Shown here one piece after another: positions 13,730 to 25,599 of a stretch of 64,000 bases of DNA; position 1 is the first letter of the stretch, and each line of letters opens with the position of its first letter. Made by a program: the position numbers and the translations under genes. Below the pieces are notes generated by a model, which was given only the letters and a program-made list of their open reading frames with translations, searched no databases and was not told where the DNA came from. Source of the stretch: Mobula hypostoma. Taxonomy: Eukaryota. The stretch spans positions 30,940,001-31,004,000 of the forward strand of contig NC_086109.1 in NCBI RefSeq assembly GCF_963921235.1. The letters are read 5' to 3'.

Positions 13730-14024
13730 GCCCCACCTCCCCCTCGTACCCCATCTGTTACTCTTTTTTATGCACACATTCTTTCTCTCACTCTCCTTTT
13801 TCTCCCTCTGTCCCTCTGAATATACCTCTTGCCCATCCTCTGGGTCAGCCCCCCCCCCCGTCTTTCTTCCCGGACCTCCTGTTCCATGATCCTCTCGTAT
13901 CCCCTTCTGCCTATCACCTGTCCAGCTCTCGGCTCTATCCCTCCCCTTCCTGTCTTCTCCTATCATTTTGCATCTCCCCCTCCCCCTCCAGCTTTCAAAT
14001 CCCTTACTCACTCTTCCTTCAGTT

Positions 14025-14060
14025 AGTCCTGACGAAGGGTCTCGGCCTGAAACGTCGACT
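14025..14060 (+). ncRNA. Minimal type I hammerhead ribozyme (intact), predicted cleavage after C14056
   Basis: AGTC(14025-28) CTGACGA(14029-35) stem II AGGGTCTCGGCCT GAAA(14049-52) CGTC^ GACT(14057-60). Confidence 0.85.
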
Positions 14061-15189
14061 GCGCCTCTTCCTATAGATGCTGCCTGGCCTGCTGCGTTCA
14101 CCAGCAACTTTGATGTGTGTTGCTGGTAATTTTACCAAAGTAGTGTCCTGAGGGATCCAAACAGCAAGAGCCTTGGAACAATTAGCCACATATTTTAATG
14201 AACACTGACAGAAGAGAGGGGATGGGCAACAAAAGTGAGTTCTCAGATCTCATTCAAATATTTGTACTCGGTGTTGTTGGGTTCCCATGCTTTTGTGATT
14301 CAAAGGTTCTTCAGAAGTCAAGGATGAGCCATAAAGCGTCTTGCTTGAAGATGTTTTATTAAGTGTTACAACAGTGTAAATCAAAGAAAGAAAGGAGCCG
14401 AGAGATCAAAGAAAAGAGAAAGGAAAAAGCAGTCACGATTGTCAGATGCTCAGACTAGAGATAACCAAATACCAGTGCTGACAATTAACCAATAAAATAG
14501 CCAGATTCAAGTAATGTGACACCTGCGACTGAAAACTAAGAAGTTTCTGGAAAAAATGCAAAAGTGACTGGACTATAATTATAGAAAAATTCAACAAACA
14601 ATTACATGTGTGTATACAGGTGATTATATAGAAGTACAAGAGAGCATAGGGACAGGTAAACTACAAGAAAAATATAATTCGCCACCCAATCCAACAGTGC
14701 GTGCGCAGGAAACTAGAGCTGCATGTGGAAGAAAATACTTGTGATGCTGGGTACTTAGCTTGACCTCTGGCAATCCAGAGGAGCAGAGGGAGGGAGACAG
14801 AAATCTGAAGGGCTGTGGGTTGGTGATTGGTGAGGGGTTGCCCTTCATTCAGTGCTGGGAATATCAGAGACTTCCACAGACTTTGTACAGGGTAGGCTGG
14901 TTGCATTCCAGTTCCTTTTGGCGCATGAGCATTGCTGATGAGCCAACATTGCTGTGGAGTGATTAATATTAAGTCTGTGATGTTATTTTTTCATCCAGGC
15001 CCCTATGCATCTGATATGGTGACATATGAAGAAGCTTAGACAGGGTGGTGTCTAATGGCATTTAGCACATGCCTTGCTGCCACTTCTAGGATTTTCTTTT
15101 CTGCCTGCACAGCCTGCTCCATATGTCAACGCTCACTGCAGAAGTAGGCCCTCATTGCACTTGAGTATGATTCAGCACTACTTATAAGT

Positions 15190-15447
15190 GGTGACCCTTT
15201 AGAACAAAGGTAAGGAGGAATTTTTTTAGCCAGAGAGTAGTGAATCTGTGGAATGCTCTACAACAGACTCTTTTTGTAGCCATACCTACATTTAAGGCGG
15301 AAGTTGATCAATTCCTGATGGGTCAAAGGATATGGCGAGAAGGCAGGCGCATGGGGTTGAGTGGGATCTGGGATCAGTCATGATGGAATGGTGGAGCAGA
15401 ATAGATGGGCTGAATGGCCTAATTCTGCTCCTATGTCTTATGGTCTA
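15190..15447 (+). mobile_element. CR1 3' fragment
   Basis: RNFFSQRVVNLWNAL-like coding and CR1 3' end (gggctgaatggcctaattctgctcctatgtcttatggtct). Confidence 0.8.
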
Positions 15448-16649
15448 AAACAACTTCCAGCCTGGGTTTGCAAATGTATTTTGAGTACTGTAGATGTCAT
15501 TAAGTGAAGTACTTACCCAGCCCATTATCTTTTCACCCAATCCCTGAATCCAATAATCTGATTTACCCAGAGAAATCATCTTTTAGCTACCAACCATTCC
15601 CAACCATGGACCCTGGCCACAGGAGTCCCAGTGGAGTCTCAGGAGATACACAGAATCTTGTGCAACACAACCAAAATGGTGGAAGAACTCAGCACCTATG
15701 GAGGGAAATGAATTGTCCTGATGAAAATTCTTGGCCCTGCTAAGATCCCCCAGCATTTTGTGTGTGCTGCACAGGATCCTCAACACCTTGATGATAAAGG
15801 GTCATTACCCCTTCCCTTGAACTTTTTGCCTATTATTTTCAGCCATGAAGTAGCAACACATCTGGCAGGACTCTCCAAGAATGCAAACACCTGTGATCTT
15901 GTTTCTGGAGAAAATGCACTAACAGGTTGGCAGTGGTAGACTTACTTGTCCAAATCACAGCAAGACGATTATGGACAGTTTTGGTCTCTATAGTACAATG
16001 AATGTAATGAAGCAGTGTACAAGTTGCTGACACAGTTTAACAGGAAGGAAAAGAGGCAGTATTCACAAAGGATGGAGAAGGTTGCAGCTGATTACTCTGG
16101 AAAGGGGACTAAAAGGAGATGTGAAAAATAATGATATTCAATAGAATGGGTGTTTTAAAAAGGTTCCTTTTCCACTTGTGGCTGAATCCAGAATGAGGAA
16201 ATGTAAAAATAAGATAGTCACTTGCAAACTGTTTCAAAGATATTTCATTACATTGAGCTCAGAGAGAATGTGGAATTCAATGCCGCATGGACTGGTTGAA
16301 GTAGATAACGCAAGTGCATTAAAGAAATATTCAGTGCATTTGTAACAGAGAAATGAGCATAAAGATACAGGGAAATGATGAGAAGAACAAATTGAAATGG
16401 ATAGAGATTCTTGTTGAGTGTAGGGTGATGCACAAAATACTGGAGGTACTTGACAACTCAGACAGCACCCAAGGAAGGAAATAAACAGTTGATGTTTCAG
16501 GCTGAGACTTTTCTTTAGAGCTCGTTGAGTATACATAAGTCTGGCCATTGATCATTCTGTTTCTCAGCTGAAGATTCTATGCAATTTAATGTGAAACAGA
16601 TTTGAGGCAAGCTACATGTATATCCTTTCTGAGAATATACAATGTTATA

Positions 16650-17197
16650 CAGTATGGTGCAAAAATTATAGGCACATATATGTAGCTAGGGTGCCTAAGA
16701 TTTTTGCACAGTGCTGTGTTTGTCAATGTGGAGTGGAAAGTGAGTTTGTAAATCTGGTGGGAACAAAGGATATTGGGAATGGTGAAGGTGGAGTGCCCTG
16801 GGAGGGGTGGGGGACATGTTCCAGAGAAAAAGTGCCAGGAGTGGTGAGTGGTGCAGGTGCAGACACACCCCACCCTGAGACACCAGGCAAGGTAATTTCA
16901 TTCTAAACAATTGGTATATTGATCATTACAGAATGTCCCCCTGGTGCTTCCCACTCCCTCCCTTCTCCTTTCCCCTTTACCCCAAACATGATTCCTACCT
17001 CCCTGCCCCTTTCCCACTCTCAGTCCACACTACGGATCCATGTCAAAATCGGCTTTATCATCACTGACATGTGTCATGGAATTTGTTTTTTTATTGCGGC
17101 AGCAGTACAGTGCAATTCATGAAATTACTACAGCACTCTGTGTAAGTTTGAGGTACCATATCTATATTTACGTACTTAAGGTGTTTGCACAGTACTG
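16650..17197. mobile_element. Non-autonomous Tc1-like element with a fold-back unit at each end
   Basis: TA flanks; ends cagtatggtgcaaaa / tttgcacagtactg; same family at 52394-53547. Confidence 0.75.
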
Positions 17198-19377
17198 TAA
17201 GTAAATTGCACATAAACAATAAATCAACACATTGGTACCACTTGACTAGTATAATAAACTTAATGACTATTTGTGAAATTTTGTTACAATAATGAAAACT
17301 ATTTTGTAAAATTGTTGTATAAAGGCTATGGTCATTTTATAACTGTATTCTATTTTGAAGTGTACATGCCTTTAATACTTTTGATAAGATTTATATTTTC
17401 AGTTTTAGGGTGTAAACCAATAGCTCACACAGAAGTGAAGATTAATAAGAGCATTGTGTTCTGTAAATTTTATTTCACAAGTCACAATACTTGCAGGCTA
17501 ATCAATTCCTTTCTTATATGTATGGAAACCAGAACCAAGTGCATTTCACTTTTTTTCACTGAGAAAATTTACAGCACTGAAGGAAACTGTGGAAGAGAAG
17601 CTAGAATGCAATTATTCTTCTTGGGTTATTTTGCAGAGGCTGTATTTCATCTCCTAGCTGAAACAAGTATTTATAGTGTTCATAATTTTTTTTATTTGAA
17701 GTATTTTTACTGATTTACACCCTGTCATGCTGTGATAATTCTTTGAAATGCATTTATTGTTTGAAATGACCTTGGTGTTTTAAAGTCAGTATGGGTAATT
17801 TTCTTTATGCACATCAGATATTGCAAGTGGCAGATATACATCATTTGTTTTTGTGGTATGAATAAGTAAGCTGCTTCTTGTAGCTTACAGATTGATGAGA
17901 CTCAATTTACTTAACAAAAATCTGACATGAACATAAAACTTCCTGATAAATTGAATAATCCCACTGAGCATAATAATTACTTACTCTATGCTGATAATAT
18001 ACAAAAGTATTAATACATTTGTATATAGCATGCCCAATATTTCCTTGAAAACAGAATCACCTTTATCGGACATAATAATATTAAGACTATTTATTTAAAT
18101 TTGCTACATAAATGCATGCTTCTGTGCCCAAGCTATGCAATTCATTTGAGTTTTGATGCTTTAATAGCTATTAGGCAGAATTAAAAATGCATGTACACCT
18201 TAGTTACATTTCAGCATTGTAACAAGCCCATTTAATACTCCGTAAGCAATGTTAATCGAACTATATTCCCAATGCTGTGATATAATTCCTGTTCTAATAA
18301 TACGGTTCTTTCAAGTAATGAAATATGCAGTGACTATCCTGATGTACAGTATGATATACTCATGAAACAGCTATTGATGTATTTTAACACAATGTATTTT
18401 GCCATAATATTGTATCTGCAGTCAGTAACTGTCCTAAACATCCATTGAGGTTTATCACCATTTTCATTGCACAATGTGATGCATTGTTTTACGATGTAAC
18501 TTTGATTTGGAGCAATTGTAAAACACTTGTGACTTTGGGCTTCAAATAACATTTGCAACTGTCAATATCTGAACATGTAACATTCTTAATGAGCATGATT
18601 TTTTATTTAATGAAGTGACAGTGCTTCACTGTGTGCACTTCCCTGTCTCTGAAACAGCAAACATCTAAATCTGATATAAACATATGAATTTAAGGATCTT
18701 TTCCCAAGGTCTAGGTTTTGGTTATATGAAGAATTTATAATCCTTTCTCTGGCTCTTCTGAGCAACAATACATCCCAATATGCAAAATTCAGTTTGCCAT
18801 TCATTGTTTTCTTCATGGCTGTCTTGGAATTCTAAGTAATACAAGATGAATAGTAACTACTTTTTCTGAAGTAGATTAATTAACAACATTTCTTTAATAT
18901 TCTTTGTAAGAACTGTAGGCAGAGAAATTAAGCACAACTTGATAAATACTTAGGACAAGTTCTTAGAACAGTGATCTGTTTACAAAGTTAGACAATCGTA
19001 TTCTCTGGTCCTGACTGTTAGCCTGTTCTTTAATCTGCTTCCCAGAAGAGAAAGGTGCAATGCTGGTGATTGTGTGGGAAGGTCTTTAGAATGTGAGGAA
19101 AGTGGAAGGGATGGTTTCCTTGAACCCATCCAGATCCACCATTTATGTTTACATTGATTCAGAAAAGGGAAAAAAGATACAGTGGCAGAACAGGGGTTTA
19201 ATTTACATGGTTCCAGGACAGCACAATAATATTGGGTTCTGCTACAGCTTTAAACCTGAGCCTGACCACTCCTAGAGCAATACAAAAGGATAAGTACTAT
19301 AGTCTTTGGTCTAGAAACAAAGGCTTACAGTAGTAAAGATTTGAGAACAGGTAAACTAATTTAAAATAACCAGCCTA

Positions 19378-19888
19378 CACTCAGTGGTCACTTTATTAGG
19401 TACACCTGTATACCTGTTGATTAATGCAAATTATCCAATCAACCAATTGTAACAGCAACTCAATGCATAAAAACATGTAGACATGGTGAAGAGGCTCAAT
19501 TATTGTTCATACTAAATATCAGAATGGGGAAGAAGTGTGATCTGAATGATTTTGTCTGTGGAATGATTGTTGGTGCCAGACAGAGTAGTGTGAGTATTTC
19601 AAAAGCTGCTGATCTTCTGGAATTTTCATGCACAACAGTCCTTAGGGTTTCCAGAGAATTGTGCAAGAAACAAATAACATCTAGTGAGAGGCAGATCCGT
19701 GGGCAAAAAATGCTTTGTTAATGAGAGAGGTCAGAGAAGAATGTCCAGACTAGTTCAAGCTGACAGGAAAGATAAAGCAACTCAAATAACCACGTATTAC
19801 AACAGTGATGTGCAGAAGAATATCTCTGAATGCACAACACATTGAAGCAGCGGAACACAAGAGGTACCTAATGAAGTGGAACCGAATG
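19378..19888 (+). mobile_element. Internally deleted Tc1 transposon with transposase N-terminal remnant
   Basis: TA flanks; TIRs cactcagtggtcactttattaggtac / gtacctaatgaagtggaaccgaatg; ORF 19503-19721 MGKKCDLNDF...GMIVGARQSSVSISKAADLLEFSCTTVLRV (Tc1 HTH). Confidence 0.9.
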
Positions 19889-20709
19889 TATTTTGTAGGT
19901 TCCTTATAGGCAGGAGGATTGGGGGTGTTTTAGCTTCTTGAATAAGGCAGAAACCTCATGAAATAAAACCAAATAGTAAACAATTTTAAAGATAGTGCAT
20001 TATATAACTGCTGTATAAAACAAGGCAGTTAATTATGCGAGGCACTTCACAACAAACTCTTCCTGCTTTGTGCTTTAAATCTCCATTTATGGAGAACTAG
20101 AAACTGAGCTAGAAGACCCCTTTGGACAAGGATGACACCCAGCAGCTAAAATATTTTTGGGTTGAGGCATTTAAATATCATCTCGGGAGATCAGATATTT
20201 TTCTGTTGAATTGTGGAAGACAATTCTGTATGAAGTAAATAGTGTGGAAAAATACAAGAGTGTCAACATTGTAGAGATGGAAAGTAGACCAGTGGATGGA
20301 GGTTTTTGATTAACTGTGCCAAATGACTGCAGTGCAGGTGACATGCCCACTCTCTGACTGTGTACTGATTTTAATGGTGTCTTTGTCTACCCAGTGTTAA
20401 CTGCTGGCTGACATTCTGTGACTTTATGATAAGCCTGATCAGCACACTCACAGACTGTGCCCAAAATAGAAAGAAACTGCTGGCAAGATCCATCAGGTCA
20501 TGCAGCATCAGAGAAGGGGAGAGAGAAAAAAAATATATATATAGTTAATGGCACAACCAGCTTCTGTTGGATTGGCTTGAAAATTTTGAGCATTTGAAAA
20601 CAACAAAGAAAAACTGCTACAGATGCTGGAAATGTCAAATAAATTCAGAAAAGAGCCTTCACCCTGAGATATTAACTCTGTTTCTTCTACCACAAATCCT
20701 CGAAGAGGA

Positions 20710-20975
20710 CCACAACCTTGTTGTAGTGTTGGCAGGCTTGTGTGCCTCAATGACCCAGAGATCTATGTTGGCTGGAGTCAGGGCCTTGTGCTGTGACTCT
20801 TGGTAGGGTCACCCATGCCAAACAGGTCAAAGGGTAGAGGCCCGACTCCAGTCCTCTAGGTTCTGGGGTTCAACTCAGGGCTAACAACCCTGACTGGTCA
20901 AAAGAAATTGTTATGCAAACAGCAATGAAGAAAAACTTCATTGATGCCCTAAATGCCAGTGGCATAATGGGCAGT
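20710..20975 (+). mobile_element. Probable RTE-clade LINE 5'UTR fragment or derived SINE
   Basis: Motifs ggtagggtcacccatgccaaacaggtc and gggctaacaaccc resemble RTE 5'UTRs as I recall them; not searched. Confidence 0.5.
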
Positions 20976-21876
20976 ATGTTTTCCCACAGATGCAGCTTGA
21001 TCTGCTGGGTATTTCCAATATTTTCTATTTTAATCTCTCTCATCTCTCTTTATTTCAGACTTCCAAAATTTGCGGGTTTTTGTGTTTTTGCTTTCCATTC
21101 ACAGTGCCTACATTAACATCTTATCATATGGCAGGATGATACCTGGCATGATTCATACTGCAGACAGCCATATGTACTGCAAACACCATCTTGGAGCTCC
21201 AGGCCACTCATGGCTTCCAGTTTACAGTCACTAATCATCTCACTCATTCCCAGTAGGATCTGCAGCACCACCACAAAGTGAGTAGGATTAGGATAACTTT
21301 GTTCATTATATTGTCGTAGACTTAATTATGGATTGAGGGAAAAGAGAAATAAAATCTTTAAAATGTGCAATAACAGAAGAAATAATCAAGGCCAATGGCA
21401 ATTCAATGACATTTAAAAACTTAGTAGAATGCAATGGTCTTGTGTGGTGGAGAAATACACCACGTCACAGTACATTATATGCTTTGAATTCTCATTCGAT
21501 GAACTACAATGTAATTGCCAAGAAATGCTGCTAAATTTTTCCAGTAAATCAATAAAATCAATCAACATACTCAAACTTTACACTGGTGCCTATGAAACTG
21601 AGAAAAATGTATCACAATTAAAACAAATTGAATATTGATGAAATAAATCAATCAAAATAACTTCTGACATCCATCACTGTTTCCCTCAGCTTTCCAGCTT
21701 GCTGGAAGTTTAAATACAGTCTTTTACATAATTGATATTAAAAAGGTAGTTGTAATAAAAGTGCTCAATGAATTCAAGATCTGGGGAATTAGGTCTTGAT
21801 TTACTGGATCTACCTTGATCTGTTCAATGTTAACTCTTGTTGTTGTGAGTTCCTGAACTCAACCCACACTGATGTC

Positions 21877-22079
21877 AACAACAGGAATTCTGCAGATGCT
21901 GGAAATTCAAGCAACACACATCAAAGTTGCTGGTGCATGCAGCAGGCCAGGCAGCATCTCTAGGAAGAGGCACGGTCGACGTTTCAGGCCGAGACCCTTC
22001 GTCAGGACTAACTGAAGGAAGAGTTAGTAAGAGATTTGAAAGACTCTTTCAAATCTCTTACTAACTCTTCCTTCAGTTA
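21877..22079 (-). mobile_element. PLE 3' end with hammerhead (21974-22009, minus) ending in a perfect fold-back
   Basis: Reverse complement AGTC-CTGACGA-AGGGTCTCGGCCT-GAAA-CGTC-GACC; perfect 35-bp inverted repeat 22009-22043 / 22045-22079. Confidence 0.9.
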
Positions 22080-23719
22080 AGTTGTAAACACAGAGCTGTT
22101 GTGTCCTTGAACATGTTTTGGATATGTCTGTAAAACAGATTTATCCAAAATGAAAATTTATCTACAAGCTCAGCAGAAGTAGTGGATGCAGGTTTGATTT
22201 TAACATAGAAGAGAAATTTGGAAAGGTACATGGTTGGAGGGTGTGTGAAGGACTATGGTCCCAGAGGTGGTGTTGATGGGACTTGGCAGTCTTGCAGAGA
22301 CCAGATGGGCTGAAGGGCCTGTTTCTTTGCTGTATTGTTTTGTTACTCTGGGACTCTATGACTATTTGATTCTTAAAGCTGTACATGCAGTCAAATCACA
22401 AAACACATAGATGTACATAAGCAGCATTTTCTCCAGAATAGATATACAACTGACCGGCAGCATATACTTGAGTTGACAAATATGGCTGATATAAAATTGG
22501 GTGTGTTGTGCGACCGCAACACCAACTGCTCTGCATGTAAGCATTGTTGCACTGTGAATGTCGAACTTACTCAAACTATGCCTGGTGTGAAGAAAATACA
22601 ACAAAAATGAGATGCTATGTTCATCTGTGTAAGTTTTTGTTATGAAGTATTCTGCTTATCCGGTATCTTAGAGATGCTGATGTGCCAGAGTCAAGAAATA
22701 TTCTTGGGGGTAGAACAGCAGGTTCTGAGGGATGACTCACATCCAAATTGCACATACCCCTGTCTCCAAACTGTGATGCAAGTGTACTGCATTCATTTTT
22801 GGCTCTTCACGGCCATCTGCTATCTACTGAATATGCTCTTGATCGTAACCAGTCAATTCCCCAATGAGCAGTTTATGGATTCATATTCAAATCAACAATG
22901 GAAAATCATTTACTTTTGAAAGACGATTAAGGCCGACCTGGACCTTTTTATGTGCCCATCTTAACAATGTTCACAGTTTTGAACTGGCTGTAATTATCTG
23001 GAAATGCTTAATAAGAGCAGAAGCTTTAATGAGAGAAGGCCAGATTCCCAGCTAAACAACACTTAATGCTCCGCAAATCGGCCAATCAGTGGACACAGAT
23101 ACAAGATACGAGAATAAAACTATAAACACTTTTGGGAGAAGCAGTTTATAAATACATATCAAAATAGGGGGAAAGTTTAAAGAAATTGATAATATTTCAA
23201 ACCTAATGTTGATCAGTCTTGGGAAATGTTTTAAAGGATGTAAGCATCCCTGATTTAACAGGATTTTCCTTGGCTGAGTTTCCTGGGATCAGGGAATCAT
23301 AGCGTCAACTAGGTTCTGTCCATGAGGTGAATGGCAAGAGAAAGGGTGTGATTTTATTTCCCCTCCCCCCCATGTCCAATAAACTTATTGCCTTAGATAC
23401 TCTTTAATCTCTGACTTCTCCATCTCATCATAGAATTCCCATCTTCCAATCCTTTACTTAAATCAGAGATATTTGTTGGATGGGTAGAAGTCAATTGTCT
23501 CAGTTGGGTTCACACTGTTCAAAAATGAACCTATTTTATACACAAGGATTGTGATAGAGGTGGCTAGTATGTTGTCAAGAATAAGAGCATAGGCTCTATG
23601 CCAAATGCATAAAGGTTCTTTCTTTGATGTGAAATGAAGTTTACCTCTCAAACGTGGCTTGGTCTGCTTACTTCTTCCAGAATTCCTTTTATTTAAGAAG
23701 TAAAAATTTGAAACCCACG

Positions 23720-24060
23720 GAATATTAAAAGAGTGGATGTAGAGAAGATGTTTTCAATATTAGGGGTTGGGGATATCTAGAGCAAAAATAAAGACATCCT
23801 TTTAGAACAGAGATGAAGAGGAATTTCTTTACCCAGGGGCTGGTGAATCGGTGGAAGCCATTGCCACAGGAAACTGTGGAGGCTAAGTCACTGGGTATAT
23901 TTAAAGCCAAGGTTGATTATTTCTTGATTAGTGAAGGTGTCAAGGGTTACAGGGAAAAGAGTGGAGAATGAGTTTGAGTTGGAATAATGAATCAGTCATG
24001 ACTGAATGGTGGACAGACTTGATAGAGTAAGTGGTCTAATTCATCTCCTGTCTTATGGTC
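23720..24060 (+). mobile_element. CR1 3' fragment
   Basis: PFRTEMKRNFFTQGLVNRW-like coding and 3' tail. Confidence 0.8.
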
Positions 24061-24183
24061 TAAAGCAGTGTTTCCCAAAGTGGGTGATATTGCTCCCTCC
24101 CCCCACCCCGGGGGGCGGTGGGAGATTCTGGAGGCGATAAAAGATAAAGGGAGTTGTGGGGTGGGAGGCTTGGTAAGAAGAGG

Positions 24184-25325
24184 AACACTCACAACACGCT
24201 GGAGGTACTCAACAGGTCGGGCAGCATCCATGGAAACGATGACTCGATGTTTCGGGCCGGAACCCTTTGTCAGGACTGAAGAGGGAAGGAGCAGAGGCCC
24301 TATAAAGCAGGTGAGTGAGGGTGGGAAGGAGAAGGCTGGTAGGTCCAGTTGAAAAACCAGTAATTTGAAAGACAAAGGGGTGGGGATGGTAAGCAGGGAG
24401 GTGACAGGCAGGAAAACAATGGGTAGTAGAAGGAGGTGGAACCATGAGGGAGGTGATTGGCAGCTGGGGGAGGAAGGGAGGGGGAGGGAATTTCCGGAAG
24501 TTGGAGAATTCTATGTTCATACCAAGGGGCTGGAGACTACCTAGACGGTATATGAGGTGTTGCTCCTCCAACCTGAGTTTAGCCTCATCATGGCAGTAGA
24601 GGAGGCCATGTATGGACATATCTGAATGGGAATGGGAAGCAGAGTTGAAGTGGGTGGCTACCGGGAGATCCTGTCTGTTGTGGCGGACGGAGTGGAGGTG
24701 CTCGACAAAGCGGTCCCCCAATCTGCGTCGGGTTTCACCGACGTAGAGGAGCCGCACCGGGAGCACCAGATGCAATAGATGACCGCAACAGACTCAAAAC
24801 TGAAATGTTGCCTCACCTGGAAGGACCTTTTGGGGCCCTGAATGGTGGCAAGAGAGGAGGTGTAGGGACAGGTGTAGCACTTACGCTTACAGGGATAAGT
24901 GCTGGGTGGGAGATCCGTGGGGAGGGACCGATCCCTGTGGAAAGTGGAGAGGGAAAGATGTGCTTAGTGGTGGGGTCCTGTTGAAGGTGGCAGAATTTGC
25001 GGAGGATAATGAGCTGGATCCGGAGGCTGGTGGGGTGGTAGGTGAGGACAAGGGGAACTCTGTCCCTGTTGTGGTGGCGGGAGGATGGGGTGAGGGCTGA
25101 AGTGCAGGAAATGGAGGAGATGCGGGTGAGGGCATCATTGATGACAGTAGAAGGGAAACCACGATCCTTAAAGAAAGAGGACATTTGAGATGTCCTGGAA
25201 TGGAAAGCCTCATCCTGGGAGCAGATGCGGCGGAGACGGAGGAACTGGGAATAGGGAATGGTATTTTTGCATGTGGCAGGGTGGGAAGAGGTATAGTCGA
25301 GGTAGTTATGAGAGTCAGTGGGCTT
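24184..25325 (-). mobile_element. Penelope-like element (RT C-terminus, GIY-YIG, degenerate hammerhead ~24243-24277) nested in the hAT element
   Basis: ORFs 24813-25184 (MSSFFKDRGFPSTVINDAL) and 24209-24775 (YVGETRRRLGDRFVEH...LEEQHLIYRLGSLQPLGMN); reverse complement AGTC-CTGACAA-AGGGTTCCGGCCC-GAAA-CATC. Confidence 0.92.
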
Positions 25326-25599
25326 TGTGTTTTCGGTAGGAAGAGGGACGGCTGAAGGATTACGGACTTAATTTAAGAAATGAATTACTTATAAACATTT
25401 AAATCCCAATGCCTTATAATTCATTGATTACATTATCACTTCATCTCCTGCTAACCCACCATTCTCTTATACTCTTCTGTATTTGGCATATCATGGGAAA
25501 TTTGAACTGTAGAAATTTTGTTATTTCCGGGCCCAGTCTGTGCATTATTGCAGATCATTACTATTATACAGTGTTAGCTAGTATGATTCCTGTAAATTA

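Larger units (their letters stand above)
12461..14124. mobile_element. Young Penelope-like element (Neptune-type), 5'-truncated, with inverted terminal arms
   Basis: 15-bp TSD ggtaattttaccaaa at 12446-12460 and 14125-14139; ~12492-13025 is the reverse complement of ~13590-14124; encodes a GIY-YIG endonuclease. Confidence 0.95.

Noticed and set aside
12380..14107. Multiple 80-194 aa overlapping ORFs (e.g. LVNAAGQAASIGRGAVDVSGRDPSSG)
   Set aside because: These are antisense or alternative-frame readings of the PLE terminal repeat, duplicated by the inversion.
17273..17713. 146-aa ORF
   Set aside because: AT-rich, F/I/K/C-biased chance ORF without motifs.
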